Assembly: GCA_963718575.1 (NCBI GenBank)
Contig: OY970358.1
Coordinates: forward strand, 642,172 to 706,171
Direction of reading: 5' to 3'
Source: an uncultured bacterium
Lineage (GTDB): Bacteria > Patescibacteriota > Minisyncoccia > UBA6257 > 2-01-FULL-56-20
DNA: 64,000 nucleotides
The translations under genes were made by a program, and so were the position numbers. A model generated the notes under the pieces. That model saw nothing but the letters and a program-made list of their open reading frames with translations, was not told the DNA's origin and did no database searches. This document shows, one piece after another, positions 52,555-61,817 of the stretch. The number at the start of each line of letters is the position of its first letter. Position 1 is the stretch's first letter.

Positions 52555-53611
52555 CAAAAAGAAATAGGCATCGCTGTCTCGCTACCGCGTAGGAACGCTC
52601 AAACGCCCGACAGCGATGCCTATTTCTTTTTGTGCAAGTGATGAAGGCGGGAGGATAAAGATAAAAAAAGCCGCTACCTTTGGTAGCGGCCAGTGTTGTC
52701 TTCTGAGGGTGAAAGAATCGATAGCGCGGGTGTTTTGGCGGTTTCCCCGCGAGCTCGTCGGCGTAATCAAGGATCGCTGCGATGTAGAAGTTGTCGTGGT
52801 TGTACGCAAAGAGCGCGCGGCGATGCGATTCCTCGGTTGTTCCCCATTGTGCCCGGGAGAGATAATTGGCGATGCTGCAGATCGCATCGTCGTTGCCGAA
52901 AATGTCCGGGGGATCGTCGTCATCTCCGTCATCGCTACAATGTACGGCAAGTTTGGCATAGGAGGTCGGTTCGAACTGCGGCAGGCCGAACGCTCCGGTG
53001 GCCGATCCTTTGATGGAAAAAAGTTCATCAAGGTCGCTGTTTTGAAAGATAGTAAGGAAAGTGATCAGCTGCTCCTCTGACCATCCGGGTTTTTGGAAAT
53101 CCGGCCGCATCACCGCAAGCGTGTAGAGTCTTACGACGACCGGCCACTTTCCCATGCTGTCCGGTCTTTGTCCCCACTGCGTTTCAATGTTCAGCACGCC
53201 GTCGATGACTTCACGCGGAATGCCGAATTTTTTTTCCGCGTAATCGAGCGCCACTGCGTTATTTTCCAAAAATCTTCGGCTTTGTTCTTTCGACCATACG
53301 CTGAAGACGTAGTCGTAGTCATATCGCTTTGGCTTTGGATTGCGCTGCGGAGCGGCGGGATTCGGGCTCGGGGGATGCTTGAACATGGTCGGGTCGATCG
53401 CAAAGCGTTTATCGTTCGTGATTGTCTCCCCATATTCTCCAAGCTTTTGTTTGATGTGCGCAATGATGAGTTTTTCGCGCACGACAGGATCGAACGGCGC
53501 GGTATGTTTCGTGGTGGCGGTGTTTTTCGCATGCGGAGCGGCGGCCGCGAGCGAAGGCCCAAACAGTGCGGTGAACAACATGCAGATGAGCATCGGGGTT
53601 TTCACGGACAA
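52514..53611 (-). CDS. Membrane-bound lytic murein transglycosylase B-like protein (C-terminal stop apparently lost)
   Basis: Signal peptide and an SLT/MltB-like core (NIETQWG...GAFGLPQFEPTSY...YNHDNFY). The ORF has no stop until 52514, so it reads through the hairpin element and into tRNA-Met. Confidence 0.65.
   Translation of the reverse strand: MSVKTPMLICMLFTALFGPSLAAAAPHAKNTATTKHTAPFDPVVREKLIIAHIKQKLGEYGETITNDKRFAIDPTMFKHPPSPNPAAPQRNPKPKRYDYDYVFSVWSKEQSRRFLENNAVALDYAEKKFGIPREVIDGVLNIETQWGQRPDSMGKWPVVVRLYTLAVMRPDFQKPGWSEEQLITFLTIFQNSDLDELFSIKGSATGAFGLPQFEPTSYAKLAVHCSDDGDDDDPPDIFGNDDAICSIANYLSRAQWGTTEESHRRALFAYNHDNFYIAAILDYADELAGKPPKHPRYRFFHPQKTTLAATKGSGFFYLYPPAFITCTKRNRHRCRAFERSYAVARQRCLFLFVPTAGIEPATLAL
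52555..52632. repeat. 24-bp perfect inverted repeat with a 30-nt loop (hairpin element, looser relative of copies A-E)
   Basis: CAAAAAGAAATAGGCATCGCTGTC ... GACAGCGATGCCTATTTCTTTTTG. The loop contains GGAACGC as in cores C and E. It lies inside the C-terminal reading frame of the MltB-like ORF. Confidence 0.5.
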
Positions 53612-53679
53612 GCCTCCTCGGTTGGAATGTTCAGATGTAAAAATTGCCCTCCCTTCACTTTAGCATTACAATCTTTCTT

Positions 53680-54810
53680 ATGGAATATAAGATCCCTCTC
53701 GACGAGCAGAACCGGATTTTGGCGACGGTCGACAAGCGTACGGACGCGGAGGCGGCGCGGATCAAGCGGTATCTCGCCATGCCGGACCTTTCGCGCACGC
53801 CGGGCAATCCGCTCTATGAGATCGTGCAAGCGGCGATGGAAACGAAATCGCTCAAGGGGTTTGATAACATCATCATCCCGGAGATCGTTCCGGCTGATAT
53901 CAATTTCGATCTTTTCGATTTTGCGCCCGATCATCCGGCGCGGTCAAAGTCCGATACCTATTACGCGGACGACAAAAATATTTTGCGCACACACGACACG
54001 GTGATGTGGTACTACTACACGCAATTGCCGGAGGTCAAAGCGCGCCTCGCGCGCCGCGAAAAGCTTGGCGTCGTCTGCTACGGCAAGGTCTATCGCAAGG
54101 ACGAGATTGACCGCAAGCACATGAACATTTTCCACCAATTCGGCGGATGGTATATGACGCCCGCGGACACCGCGCCGCTCACGATCGACGATTTGCGCAA
54201 CGCGCTTACCGAGATCGTCCGCGCGCTCTTTGGCGCCGACGTAAAGTATCGTTTTCTCGACGACACATTCCCGTATACCGATCCGTCATTGCAGATCGAG
54301 GTTGAAGTGAACGGCCAGTGGATCGAGATCATGGGCGGGGGAATGACGAAGCAGAGCGTGTTCAAAAAATTCGGCGTCGAAGGATATAGCGCGTGGGCGT
54401 TCGGCTTCGGTCTCGAACGGCTTGCGATCATCAGCATGGAATTGCCGGACATCCGCCTGCTCTGGTCCGCCGACGCGCGCGTCAAAAAGCAGCTGCATAT
54501 GGGCACGAAATTTGTGGAGGTCAGCAAATACCCACCGGTCATCCGCGATATTTCTTTTATTGTTCCAAAAACATTCGCGCCGAACGATTATTTCGATCTC
54601 GTGCGCGATATCGCGGGCGATTTAGTGGAGCAAGTGGAGTTGATCGACGAATATGCAAATGATGAAAAATTTGGTGCGGATAGAAAAAGCTATGCATACC
54701 GCATCATCTATCGCTCAAGCGAGCGGACGTTGACGAACGAAGAGGTAGATGTGCTTCACAAGAAGATCGAGGAGGAAACGGCGAAAGAGTTTGGCGCGGT
54801 GGTGCGGTAG
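53680..54810 (+). CDS. pheS: Phenylalanine--tRNA ligase alpha-type catalytic domain fused to a C-terminal FDX-ACB anticodon-binding domain (mitochondrial-type monomeric PheRS architecture)
   Basis: Class II motifs (HPAR, FPYTDPSLQIEVEV, GLERLAI) plus a C-terminal FDX-ACB-like segment (KYPPVIRDISFIV...YRIIYRSSERTLTNEEVD). No pheT is adjacent. Confidence 0.7.
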   Translation: MEYKIPLDEQNRILATVDKRTDAEAARIKRYLAMPDLSRTPGNPLYEIVQAAMETKSLKGFDNIIIPEIVPADINFDLFDFAPDHPARSKSDTYYADDKNILRTHDTVMWYYYTQLPEVKARLARREKLGVVCYGKVYRKDEIDRKHMNIFHQFGGWYMTPADTAPLTIDDLRNALTEIVRALFGADVKYRFLDDTFPYTDPSLQIEVEVNGQWIEIMGGGMTKQSVFKKFGVEGYSAWAFGFGLERLAIISMELPDIRLLWSADARVKKQLHMGTKFVEVSKYPPVIRDISFIVPKTFAPNDYFDLVRDIAGDLVEQVELIDEYANDEKFGADRKSYAYRIIYRSSERTLTNEEVDVLHKKIEEETAKEFGAVVR

Positions 54811-54826
54811 GGTACAATGTAAGTAA

Positions 54827-56284
54827 ATGAAGAAGATCGCCGTTCCCGAGGAGGTCGTTGCGGTATCGAAGACGCTTGCCGAAGCGGGGTTCGAGGCATA
54901 CCTCGTTGGTGGATGCGTGCGCGACATGCTGCTCGGGCGCGAGCCGAAGGACTGGGATGTGGCGACGGATGCAAAGCCGGCGGAGGTGCAGAAGCTTTTT
55001 CCGGACAGCGTGTACGAGAATGATTTTGGCACGGTGGGGGTTAAGACGGAATCGGAGGATCCGCGGGTGAAGATCATAGAGGTGACGACATACCGCATCG
55101 AAAGTGAATATACCGACAAGCGGCATCCGGACGCGGTGAAGTTCGCCTCTGATATAGAGGACGATCTTTCGCGCCGCGATTTCACGGTGAATGCGCTCGC
55201 GATGAATTTGAAAGGCCAGGTGATCGATCCGTTCGGCGGCGAACGCGATATCAAAGACCGGACGATTCGCACCGTCGGCGCGCCGGAAGAGCGGTTCAGC
55301 GAGGATGCCCTGCGTCTGATGCGCGCGGTGCGTTTTTCTGTGGAGCTCGATTTTGAGATCGAGATGAACACGCGCCGCGCGATCGTAAAATTGGCAGGCG
55401 GATTGGAAGAGATCGCAAAGGAGCGCGTGCGCGACGAACTCGTCAAAATTCTGATGACGCCGAACGCGGCGAAGGGGATCGTCCTCCTCGAAGAGCTCGA
55501 TCTGCTCCGCTATGTTTTGCCGGAGCTTCGCGACGGCATCGGCGTCGGGCAGAACAAGCATCACATTTATACCGTCTTTGAGCACAACGTCCGCGCACTC
55601 GATTATACCGCGGGCGAAAATTATTCTCTGCCGGTGCGCATGGCGGCGCTTCTCCACGACGTCGGTAAGCCGAAGGTGAAAAGCGGCGACGGGCCGGATT
55701 CGACGTTCTATCAGCACGAATATATCGGCGCGCGCATCGCGGTCAAGATGCTCGACCGCCTGCGGTTCTCGAAAGACTTTGTGGAACAGGTGGGGCACTT
55801 GGTCCGTTCGCACATGTTCTATTACGATACCGGCGTGATCTCTCCCGCGGGCGTGCGGCGCTTCGTGGTGCGCGTCGGGCCGGAGAACATCGATGATCTA
55901 TTAAAAGTTCGTGAAGCGGATCGCATCGGCAGCGGCGTCAAAAAAGCGGTGCCGTACCGCCTGCGCCATTTGCTCTTTATGATAGACAAGGTCAAGCGCG
56001 ATCCGCTCTCGCCGAAGATGCTCGCGTTGCGCGGCGACGATCTCATGCCACTGCTCAACCTTCCGCAATCGCGTCGCGTCGGCTGGATCCTAAACGCGCT
56101 CATGGAAGAGGTGATCGATGACCCAAAGAAGAACGATAAAAAATATCTCACAAAGCGTGCAAAGGAATTGAACAAACTGGACGATAAGGAATTACAGGAA
56201 TTGTTTGCGAGTGCCCAGCGGAAAAAGCGCGATGCGGAAGGGGAGATGGACGAGGATATTAAAAAGAAGCATCACGTGAAATAA
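54827..56284 (+). CDS. cca: CCA tRNA nucleotidyltransferase (class II NTase with HD domain)
   Basis: GGCVRD...DWD head motifs and an HD motif LLHDVGKP. Confidence 0.85.
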   Translation: MKKIAVPEEVVAVSKTLAEAGFEAYLVGGCVRDMLLGREPKDWDVATDAKPAEVQKLFPDSVYENDFGTVGVKTESEDPRVKIIEVTTYRIESEYTDKRHPDAVKFASDIEDDLSRRDFTVNALAMNLKGQVIDPFGGERDIKDRTIRTVGAPEERFSEDALRLMRAVRFSVELDFEIEMNTRRAIVKLAGGLEEIAKERVRDELVKILMTPNAAKGIVLLEELDLLRYVLPELRDGIGVGQNKHHIYTVFEHNVRALDYTAGENYSLPVRMAALLHDVGKPKVKSGDGPDSTFYQHEYIGARIAVKMLDRLRFSKDFVEQVGHLVRSHMFYYDTGVISPAGVRRFVVRVGPENIDDLLKVREADRIGSGVKKAVPYRLRHLLFMIDKVKRDPLSPKMLALRGDDLMPLLNLPQSRRVGWILNALMEEVIDDPKKNDKKYLTKRAKELNKLDDKELQELFASAQRKKRDAEGEMDEDIKKKHHVK

Positions 56285-56303
56285 CCATCACCGTCCAATC
56301 ACG

Positions 56304-56735
56304 ATGAACATAAAAATAAAACGATTTGATAAAGACCTGCCGTTGCCGAAGCGCCAGACGGAGGGTGCCGCCGCGTTCGACCTGACCGCGCGCGAAGCGG
56401 TGACGATCGCGCCGGGCGCGGTCGGTTATGTTCCGTTGAACATCGCCGTCGAAACGCCGGTCGAACATTTTCTCCTCATTGCCGCGCGGAGCAGCACTCA
56501 TAAAAAGGGAATCATGATGGCGAACGGCATCGGTATCGTCGATCCGGATTATTCCGGTAACGAAGATGAATTGAAAGCGGCATATTTTAATTTCTCCGCC
56601 GCGCCGGTGGTCATTGAGAAAGGCGAGCGCATCGCGCAGGGAACGTTTGTAAAGATATCCCACCCCGATTGGATCGAAATGGACGAGATGGAGAACAAGA
56701 CGCGCGGGGGATTCGGGACGACAGGAAATAAATAA
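56304..56735 (+). CDS. dut: dUTP diphosphatase
   Basis: GAAAFDL, the RSSTHKKGIMMANGIGIVDPDYSG motif and GGFGTTG. Confidence 0.9.
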   Translation: MNIKIKRFDKDLPLPKRQTEGAAAFDLTAREAVTIAPGAVGYVPLNIAVETPVEHFLLIAARSSTHKKGIMMANGIGIVDPDYSGNEDELKAAYFNFSAAPVVIEKGERIAQGTFVKISHPDWIEMDEMENKTRGGFGTTGNK

Positions 56736-56945
56736 AGCCCCCCCTATATGTCTTTCAAGATTGACCCTGATATAGAGCGCTCTTTTTCTATTCTCAAAAA
56801 GAAATCAAAATTATATATTGAATATAATGATGGTACATTGCGAGAAGCGGGACAACTAAAAAATGAACAGTCCGCGATTGCAGCGTAGCGCTTTTGATAA
56901 GGTTGAATTATTTCCCCAAACGCGGTTAAATACGTTGGTATTCTA

Positions 56946-57016
56946 CGGGCCGTAGTATACCGGTAGTACGTGCGATTCGGGTTCGTAAAGACCGGGTTCG
57001 ATTCCCGGCGGCCCGA
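56946..57016 (+). tRNA. tRNA-Pro(CGG)
   Basis: C1-G72 acceptor CGGGCCG/CGGCCCG, anticodon loop TTCGGGT, T-arm CCGGG TTCGATT CCCGG and discriminator A. Confidence 0.8.
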
Positions 57017-57130
57017 CAACAACAAAAAGAATATACCCCAAAGGGACGCGTCGCGGTCTGCTGACCGCGCGCTTACGCTCGGCACCTTCGTGCCTCCGCG
57101 AAACCCTTTTGGGGTATATTCTTTTTGTTG
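57017..57130 (+). repeat. Hairpin repeat element copy B (27-bp IR with one bulge + conserved core), abutting the tRNA-Pro 3' end
   Basis: Arms ACAACAAAAAGAATATACCCCAAAGGG / CCCTTTTGGGGTATATTCTTTTTGTTG. Core ACGCGTCGCGGTCTGCTGACCGCGCGCTTACGCTCGGCACCTTCGTGCCTCCGCGAAA. Confidence 0.7.
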
Positions 57131-57283
57131 CCTGTTTGTTCGATGGGAATCGAACGGCGGAGGGGGTCGGGGAACCGCGGTTGGTTCCCCGTGCTGGAGG
57201 CATTCGGAACCGAGGGTTCCGAAAAACGAGCGGAGCGAGTGTGTGAGCTTCCCGGCGGCCCGACTGATAAAATATAATTTCGA

Positions 57284-57321
57284 ATAAAAATGCGCCGGGC
57301 TTCCATGGGGAAGCCCGGCGC
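57284..57321 (-). terminator. Strong hairpin terminator (13-bp stem) on the minus strand
   Basis: GCGCCGGGCTTCC atgg GGAAGCCCGGCGC followed by a T-run on the minus strand. Confidence 0.5.
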
Positions 57322-57330
57322 GGGCAAGGA

Positions 57331-57500
57331 TCAAAGACAGCTTCTTTTCGGAAAGGTCTTCCCTTGTTTTTTAGCTTTATGGATGTAAGAAACGACATAC
57401 AGATATGCAGACAACGATGTCACCGCTACGAGAATAACAAACGCGGAGACGGCTTTTTGTAGCCAGAGAGAAAGCTCAGGCGGGAGATGAAATGGGTGCA
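57331..57500 (-). CDS. Small hypothetical membrane protein (56 aa)
   Basis: ATG 57500 with SD AAGGAGG; one TM helix (AFVILVAVTSLSAYLYVV); the ORF extends to 57660. Confidence 0.3.
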
Positions 57501-57602
57501 TATTGGAGGCCTCCTTCGGGCGGCTTCCTATAGAATGCCACAACCATGGGGAAAGTAAATGTACTGGATTTGGGTGGCTTTTGGCGCGCCACCATAGAGC
57601 TA

Positions 57603-57630
57603 TTGACATCCTTTTCGAGCCGAGTATACT
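57603..57630 (+). promoter_or_regulatory. Strong sigma70-type promoter TTGACA-16-TATACT (candidate 23S-5S rRNA operon promoter)
   Basis: TTGACA at 57603-08 and TATACT at 57625-30. A hairpin + T8 terminator-like structure follows at about 57712-57742. Confidence 0.45.
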
Positions 57631-58008
57631 TACTCCTAAGATACGAATGGTAAAGAACACTAATCTTTCACAGCAAGACGGCTGACCGCGCGTATTTTAC
57701 GCGATGGACCAAGCCGCTCTGCGGCCGATTTTTTTTCTGGGCATAGTATCTTCAAATGCTGCGTTGGTCGCCTCTTGGGCGACGGCGGCATCTGGCAGTG
57801 TTATTTAAAATCATCTGCCGATTTGGTGGAACTCCGAATTGTAGAGTCGGAGGACATAATATGGAGACTCTGTGTCACTAATTTAGGTTCTGCGATCTCC
57901 GCTCGGTGACGAGCGAGGAAAGCCGGGCCCGTGCATACGCATATGTACGCAATTTCTCGTGGCAAGTCAGAGTCAAATCAGTGATGAAATTTATTTTATC
58001 ACTGGCAA

Positions 58009-58115
58009 GTGTTGTACACCCCTTTGAAGGGCGTCGCGGAGGCACGAAGGTGCCGAGCGCCAAGGCGGCCGGTCAGCAGGCCGGAACGCCGTCCCTGCAA
58101 AGGGGTGTACAACAC
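58009..58115 (+). repeat. Hairpin repeat element copy C (core inverted relative to B/D), immediately 5' of the 23S rRNA
   Basis: Arms GTGTTGTACACCCCTTTGAAGGG / CCCTGCAAAGGGGTGTACAACAC (1 mismatch). Core CGTCGCGGAGGCACGAAGGTGCCGAGCGCCAAGGCGGCCGGTCAGCAGGCCGGAACGCCGTC. Confidence 0.7.
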
Positions 58116-58689
58116 GAGCAAGTCAGCATTGGGATGGTTGGCAAATAAGGGCGAACGGTGGATGCCTAGACTAGAAAAGGCGATGAAGGACGTGGCGTAG
58201 CAACGAAATGCCTCGGGGAGATGCGTAGCAATCTACGATCCGGGGATGTCCGAATGGGGAAACCTAGTTGAGTAACCCTCAATTGTTTCGACGCAAGTCG
58301 ATTCGCGTACCCGCTGAAGTAAAACATTCCAGTAAGCGGAGGAAAAAAGAACAAATCAGTTATTCCCCAAGTATCGGCGAGAGAACAGGGAACAGCCCAA
58401 ACTAAGGTTGTGATTTATTTCGCAACGTTAGGGTATAGTCTAAAGACGCTGTTTAGTAAATAACGTAGCGCGCTCCTTAAAAAAGTGCGTTTCGTTATTT
58501 GCTATTCGTGAAGGAGTAAAAAAATCATATGTTAGCCAAAGTCGTCTGGAAAGCGACGCCAGAGCGGGTGATAGCCCCCTAGGCGAAAACATTTGGTCTC
58601 CTTAGTTTTTTAACTTGAGTACTTCGGAGTAAAACAGTTCCGGAGGAATATGCCTGTACTATCAGGTAAGGCTAAATACTTTTCTAGAT

Positions 58690-58726
<37 letters not shown>

Positions 58727-60442
58727 CAGGCCGGTGAGGCCGTTGAAATAGAACCTGAAACCGTTTGTCTACAAGGAATTGAACCACGAACGGCTTCCCG
58801 CAAGGGAGGACGAGTGGAACAATGTGCCTATTGAAGAATGATCCAACGACTTATTTTGTGTTGCTTGTCTAAGCGCGCATAGCGTGAAGGCGTAGCGAAA
58901 GCGAGTCTGAATAGGGCGCATGTCTCCCCTTAAAAGGAGATCGCAGCACAAGATAGACCCGAAGCGTTATGAGCTTGCCTTGGCCAGGGTGAACTCCCGA
59001 GAAATCGGGAGGGAGGCCCGAACCGGTTGATTGTTCAAAATCTTCGGATGAGCTGAGGTAAGGAGTGAAAAGCTAATCGAATAACGTAATAGCTGGTTCT
59101 CTCCGAAACAGTTTTAGGACTGGCGGCAAGAGTTCCTCTTGGGGGTAGAGCACTGGATGATCGTTACAGGGGGAAACTCCGAACGATCAATCAAACTCCG
59201 AATACCGAGAGTCAAGATCTTGCTAGTTAGACTGCGGGGGCTAAGCTCCGTGGTCGCGAGGGGAAGAGCCCAGATCGTCATCTAAGGTCCCTAAATTCAT
59301 GCTAAGTGTTAAAGGTAGTCATAACCCATAGACAGATAGGAGGTTGGCTTAGAGGTAGCCATCCTTTAAAGAGTGTGTAACAACTCACTATTCGACGGGT
59401 CGTGGCGCCGAAAATGTACCGGGGCTAAGCATGATACCGAAGATACGAATGTATACTTCCTTCGGGAGGTGTACGTGGTAGGAGAGCATTTCGGCCTGCA
59501 GTGAAGGTCAACCCGCGAGGGTGACTGGAGCGGCCGGAAGAGAAAATGTTGGAATGAGTAACCACAATCCCAATGAGAAATTGGAACCCCGAAAATCCAA
59601 GGTTTCCGTGGCACTGGCAATCAACCACGGGTTAGGCGGTCCTAAGGCGATGGCGAAAGCCGCAGTCGATGGGAAGCTGGTTAATACTCCAGCCCGGCCG
59701 TACGATCATAACTAGAGGACAAAGGAGATAAGCAGATGTGCCTTATTGGTTTGGCATTCTTTGTACTAAGCTCACGCGTGTACCGAGAGAAGGTTAAGAA
59801 TTTACTTAGTCGACATCTGTGAAGTGCCTTTCGAGAAAAATCTGGCCAAATCGAGCGTAAGGTCTCCGTACCGTAAACCGACACTGGTGGATAGGGCGAG
59901 TAGCCCAAGGGGAACGAGTGATTCATCGTTAAGGAACTAGGCAAAATAGCGGCCGTAAGTTAGCAATAAGGCCTGCCCTCGCAAGAGGGCCGCAGCTAAA
60001 GAATCTCTGGCGACTGTTTACCAAAAACACAGCTCCCTGCCAACTCGCAAGAGGATGTATAGGGGGTGACACCTGACCGATGCGAGAAGGTCAAGATTGG
60101 GGGTGGTATGGAGCAATCTGTACTGCTCACTGATTCAAGCCCTCGTCAATGTCAGCGATAACTATGAACAACATTGTAGTTGTAAAATTTGGCTATATGC
60201 TGGAATAACCGTTAGTATCCGGCGCTACTCGAAAGAGTGACAATGCGTCCGGTGCGGTCAATCAGCAGGAAAGGCCTCGATAATTATTATTGAGGAATCC
60301 TCAGAGACTACACGCCAGACCCTAAAATATTTAGGGATGATATAGTCCGAACTATATGGCGACATATAGAGTTGTTCGCGAAGTGCGAGCAGAATAACAT
60401 ACTTGAATCGTTCTAAGGTAGCGCAATTCCTTTTCGGGTAAG

Positions 60443-61168
60443 GTAACTTGCCCCTTTACGCCGCGAGGTGTATTGAAACAGCTGGCTCATAACGGTGAAG
60501 TCCTAAATTTTAGATAAATTTAATGTCTGATTGTTTAGGATAATACCGTGGGAAGTCCATTGATTAAAAATCAAAATGACCCCGTAACGACTTCGTCCTG
60601 CAAGGGACGTAATGAGGTGGTTTTGACCCCTCATTATACGCCGGCTTCTTCAGAAGGAGAGAGAAGAAACATAGCGGAATATATAACCGGTTATGTTGAT
60701 GGTGAAGGATGTTTTACGGTTACGTTCAATACAAAACCAAAAGCTTTGCTTGAATGGGAATTCAGGCCGAGTTTTTCGGTAAGTCAGAACGAAGATCGCC
60801 GTCAGGTTCTCGATCTCATGAGAAACTATTTCGGATGTGGTTTTATCCGCCGTGATTGGAGTGATAAGACCGTAAAGTTCGAAGTACGAGATCATAAGAA
60901 TTTGATGACAAAAATTATTCCTCATTTCGAGAAGTTTCCTCTTATTTCGGCAAAGAACAATGATTTCAAATTATTCAAAACAATTTGTCGCATTGTCGAC
61001 TCGCAGAAACATTTAAGTAAGGCTGGATTTATAGAAGTTATAAATCTTGCTTATCAAATGAATGGCTCTGGTAAAAGAAAAAGAGCAAAAGAAGAAATCA
61101 TCCAATCTCTTTTTGAAGATAAAGATATAGTCTGATCCTCACCGTAAGGTGAGATAACACGGATGAAG
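60443..61168 (+). mobile_element. Intron in 23S rRNA (domain IV region, E. coli about 1917-1931) carrying a LAGLIDADG homing endonuclease ORF; probably group I
   Basis: Exon junction GGGTAAG | GTTCCGAAGCGCACGAAAGG restores the conserved 23S sequence. The junction is ambiguous by 1 nt. Confidence 0.6.
60548..61135 (+). CDS. LAGLIDADG homing endonuclease (intron-encoded)
   Basis: ITGYVDGEGCF motif; the start codon is uncertain (GTG 60548 or a later non-ATG). Confidence 0.8.
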   Translation: MGSPLIKNQNDPVTTSSCKGRNEVVLTPHYTPASSEGERRNIAEYITGYVDGEGCFTVTFNTKPKALLEWEFRPSFSVSQNEDRRQVLDLMRNYFGCGFIRRDWSDKTVKFEVRDHKNLMTKIIPHFEKFPLISAKNNDFKLFKTICRIVDSQKHLSKAGFIEVINLAYQMNGSGKRKRAKEEIIQSLFEDKDIV

Positions 61169-61817
61169 TTCCGAAGCGCACGAAAGGTGTAACGACCGGA
61201 GAACTGTCTCAACGATGAGCTCGGTGAAAATGCGATTCCCGTGAAGACGCGGGATACCTGCAGCGGGACGAAAAGACCCCGGAAGCTTTACTGCAGCTTG
61301 GCATTGATTTTAGAGTTTTACTACGTAGCGTAGTGGTGAGGATTTGAAGCGTCGCTCTCGGGTGACGTGGATCCGACAATGAAACAGCCATTTTTAAAAC
61401 TTTAACGTCTAACTGGTAACGAACCCTTCGGGGAAGCGTTGCTAAGACAGTGCTTGGTAGGCAGTTTAAATGGGGCGTTTTCCTCCAAAAGAGTAACGGA
61501 GGAGTTTATTAAGGTCAGCTTAGCCCGGATGGAAATCGGGCAGGACGTGCAAACGCAAAAGCTGGCTTGACTGCAAGTCCTACAAGACGAGCAGGTGCGA
61601 AAGCAGAAGTTAGTGACCCGACGGCCCTTCATAGAAAGGCCGGAGACACCGGATAAAAGCTACTCCGGGGATAACAGGCTAGTATTGTCCGAGCGTCCCT
61701 AGCGACGACAATGCTCGGCACCTCGATGTCGGCTCGCCACAGCGCGGGGGTGTAGAAGCTCCCAAGCGTTTGGCTGTTCGCCAATTAAAGTGGCACGTGA
61801 GCTGGGTTCAGACCGTC

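Noticed and set aside
57126-57145. GGGAATCGAAC looked like the reverse complement of a tRNA T-loop (possible minus-strand tRNA)
   Set aside because: No acceptor, D-arm or anticodon arm can be built around it. It is one of three GGAACC/GGTTCC-type hairpins in the insert next to tRNA-Pro.
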